From Candidatus Methylomirabilia bacterium (lineage in GTDB: Bacteria > Methylomirabilota > Methylomirabilia > Rokubacteriales > CSP1-6): a stretch of 38,682 bases of DNA. Below the pieces are notes generated by a model, which saw nothing but the letters and a program-made list of their open reading frames with translations, had not been told where the DNA came from and made no database searches. This document shows positions 37,150 through 38,682 of the stretch, in pieces. Each line of letters opens with the position of its first letter. Position 1 is the stretch's first letter. The position numbers were made by a program, and so were the translations under genes. The DNA is taken from NCBI GenBank assembly GCA_041492755.1, contig JBGPXN010000025.1:1-38682 (forward strand), given 5' to 3'.

Positions 37150-38132
37150 TGGCAGGCCGCGGCGTTCTGCTGGTGCTCGGGATCGTGCTCGCGACCGCAG
37201 GGGGGATGGCTCGCGCGACCGAAGCGCAATCGCCTCGCCTGGTCAAGATCGGAGCGCTGACGGAGTCATGGGGACCCACGCCGGCCATCGTCGGCCTGCG
37301 CGACGGTCTTCAGGAGCTTGGATACCGCGAGAACCAGGACTTCGTGATCGGAGTGCGCTTCGTACAGGGCAACGTCGCCGAGCTCCCCGAGGCCGCCCGC
37401 GCCCTCGTCCGCCACGGGGTGGATCTCATTGTTACCACTGCAACAGACACTGCGGGGCACGCCGCGCACATGGCGACTACCCGGATCCCGATCGTCTTCA
37501 TCGGCGCAAGCGACCCGGTAGGAACAGGACTGGTGAAGAGCTTCGCGCGACCCGGTGGAAACGTTACCGGGGTCGCGGATCTCGGATTCGAGCTCGTGCC
37601 GAAGCGAATGGAGATCTTTCGCGAGCTCATCCCAGGCCTGAAACGAGTTCTCCTGGTCTATGACGGGACGAACCCAGATGCTGTCTCGAGATTGGCGGTG
37701 CACCGTGACGCCGCCCAACGCCTCGGCCTCACGCTCGTCGAACGACCGGTGCGGACAGAAGATGAGGCTCGATCCGTGATCAACGCGCTCAGGAAGGGCG
37801 AGGTGGACGGAATCTTCTCGCCTCGCTTGCTGTTGCAGAATATCCCGGGCTTGATTCTCGAGATCGCACCCAAGCGGGCGATTCCGACCATGTTCGACGA
37901 CACTTTCTACGTCGAGCGGGGCGGGCTCGCGAGCTATGCCGCGAACTTTTACGGGCTCGGCCGTCAGGCCGCGCGCCTGGTAGACAAGATCCTCAAAGGC
38001 GCGAGGCCGAGCGATGTCCCGGTCGAGCAGCCAACGAAGTTCGAGCTGGTGATCAATCTGAAGGCGGCCAAGGCGCTCGGCATCACGATTCCTCAATCCA
38101 TACTGCTGCGGGCGGATCGACTCATTCCATGA
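37146..38132 (+). CDS. ABC transporter substrate-binding protein (ABC_sub_bind / Trp-Tyr-like family)
   Basis: ATGA overlap with tlpA; DPVGTGLVKSFARPGGNVTG, GGLASY, VDKILKGARPSDVPVEQPTKFELVINLKAAKALG. Confidence 0.9.
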   Translation: MMAGRGVLLVLGIVLATAGGMARATEAQSPRLVKIGALTESWGPTPAIVGLRDGLQELGYRENQDFVIGVRFVQGNVAELPEAARALVRHGVDLIVTTATDTAGHAAHMATTRIPIVFIGASDPVGTGLVKSFARPGGNVTGVADLGFELVPKRMEIFRELIPGLKRVLLVYDGTNPDAVSRLAVHRDAAQRLGLTLVERPVRTEDEARSVINALRKGEVDGIFSPRLLLQNIPGLILEIAPKRAIPTMFDDTFYVERGGLASYAANFYGLGRQAARLVDKILKGARPSDVPVEQPTKFELVINLKAAKALGITIPQSILLRADRLIP

Positions 38133-38238
38133 TCGATTGCGTTCCTCTCCGCGCTCGTGGGCGCGACCCCGGCCGGTGTGAAAGGTGCCGCGGATCGGAC
38201 TCTTGCGCGTGGCGTTCGACCATGCCCGTCGCCCGAAG

Positions 38239-38682
38239 ATGAACAGGATCGCCTCTGGGCTGACGTGCATGCTGGTTGCCTTCGCGTCCACCGTAGGTTT
38301 CGGCGCGGACCAGGCCGCCCGAGCCGACCATGGGGCCGAGATGGTGCTGGTCCCGGCAGGCGAGTTCTGGATGGGGAGCGACGACGGGAACGACGACGAG
38401 AAGCCCCGCCATCGCGTCGATCTTGATGCCTACTCCATCGATAGGTACGAGATCACCAACGGGCTCTACCAGCGCTTCATGGAGGCCACCAATCGCCCGG
38501 GGCCACGGTATTGGAGCGACAGCCACCTCAATGGTGCCTCCCAGCCGGTCGTGGGCGTGACCTGGTACGACGCTGAGGCGTATTGTCGATGGGTCGGGAA
38601 GCGGTTGCCGACGGAGGCTGAGTGGGAAAAGGCCGCGCGCGGCGACGATGGACGGACGTATCCGTGGGGTGAGCAGTGGGAC
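38239..38682 (+). CDS. Formylglycine-generating enzyme (FGE/SUMF1) domain protein, exported; truncated by the window end
   Basis: Not in the ORF track because it has no stop. MNRIASGLTCMLVAFASTVG..MVLVPAGEFWMGS..EKPRHRV..DRYEITN..PVVGVTWYDAEAYCRW..RLPTEAEWEKAARG..YPWG. Confidence 0.9.
   Translation, partial: MNRIASGLTCMLVAFASTVGFGADQAARADHGAEMVLVPAGEFWMGSDDGNDDEKPRHRVDLDAYSIDRYEITNGLYQRFMEATNRPGPRYWSDSHLNGASQPVVGVTWYDAEAYCRWVGKRLPTEAEWEKAARGDDGRTYPWGEQWD

Overview
GC-rich bacterial window. The gene repertoire (Tat-exported sugar-type solute-binding proteins, an ABC_sub_bind protein, GC-rich REP-like palindromes) resembles Candidatus Rokubacteria/Methylomirabilota, but that is inference only. 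Most genes are metabolic or transport: a double-domain CoA-transferase, an LLM oxidoreductase, kdsB, MscS, MFS, two carbohydrate-type ABC clusters, FAH, ApgM, a membrane-anchored OtsA, AspA/FumC, DHH, MgtE and a PmtA-like methyltransferase. There is also a vapBC toxin-antitoxin pair and several gene remnants. The standout is at 35.3-38.7 kb. Two tandem, signal-peptide-bearing peroxiredoxin-like genes are each split by an in-frame TGA exactly at the peroxidatic Cys position. Each TGA is followed by a hairpin whose stems co-vary between the two copies and whose AGGAA loop is identical (candidate SECIS). These look like exported, Cys-free selenoproteins in an apparent operon with a TlpA-type thioredoxin, an ABC substrate-binding protein and an FGE/SUMF1-domain protein. 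No rRNA, tRNA, CRISPR array or transposase was seen.
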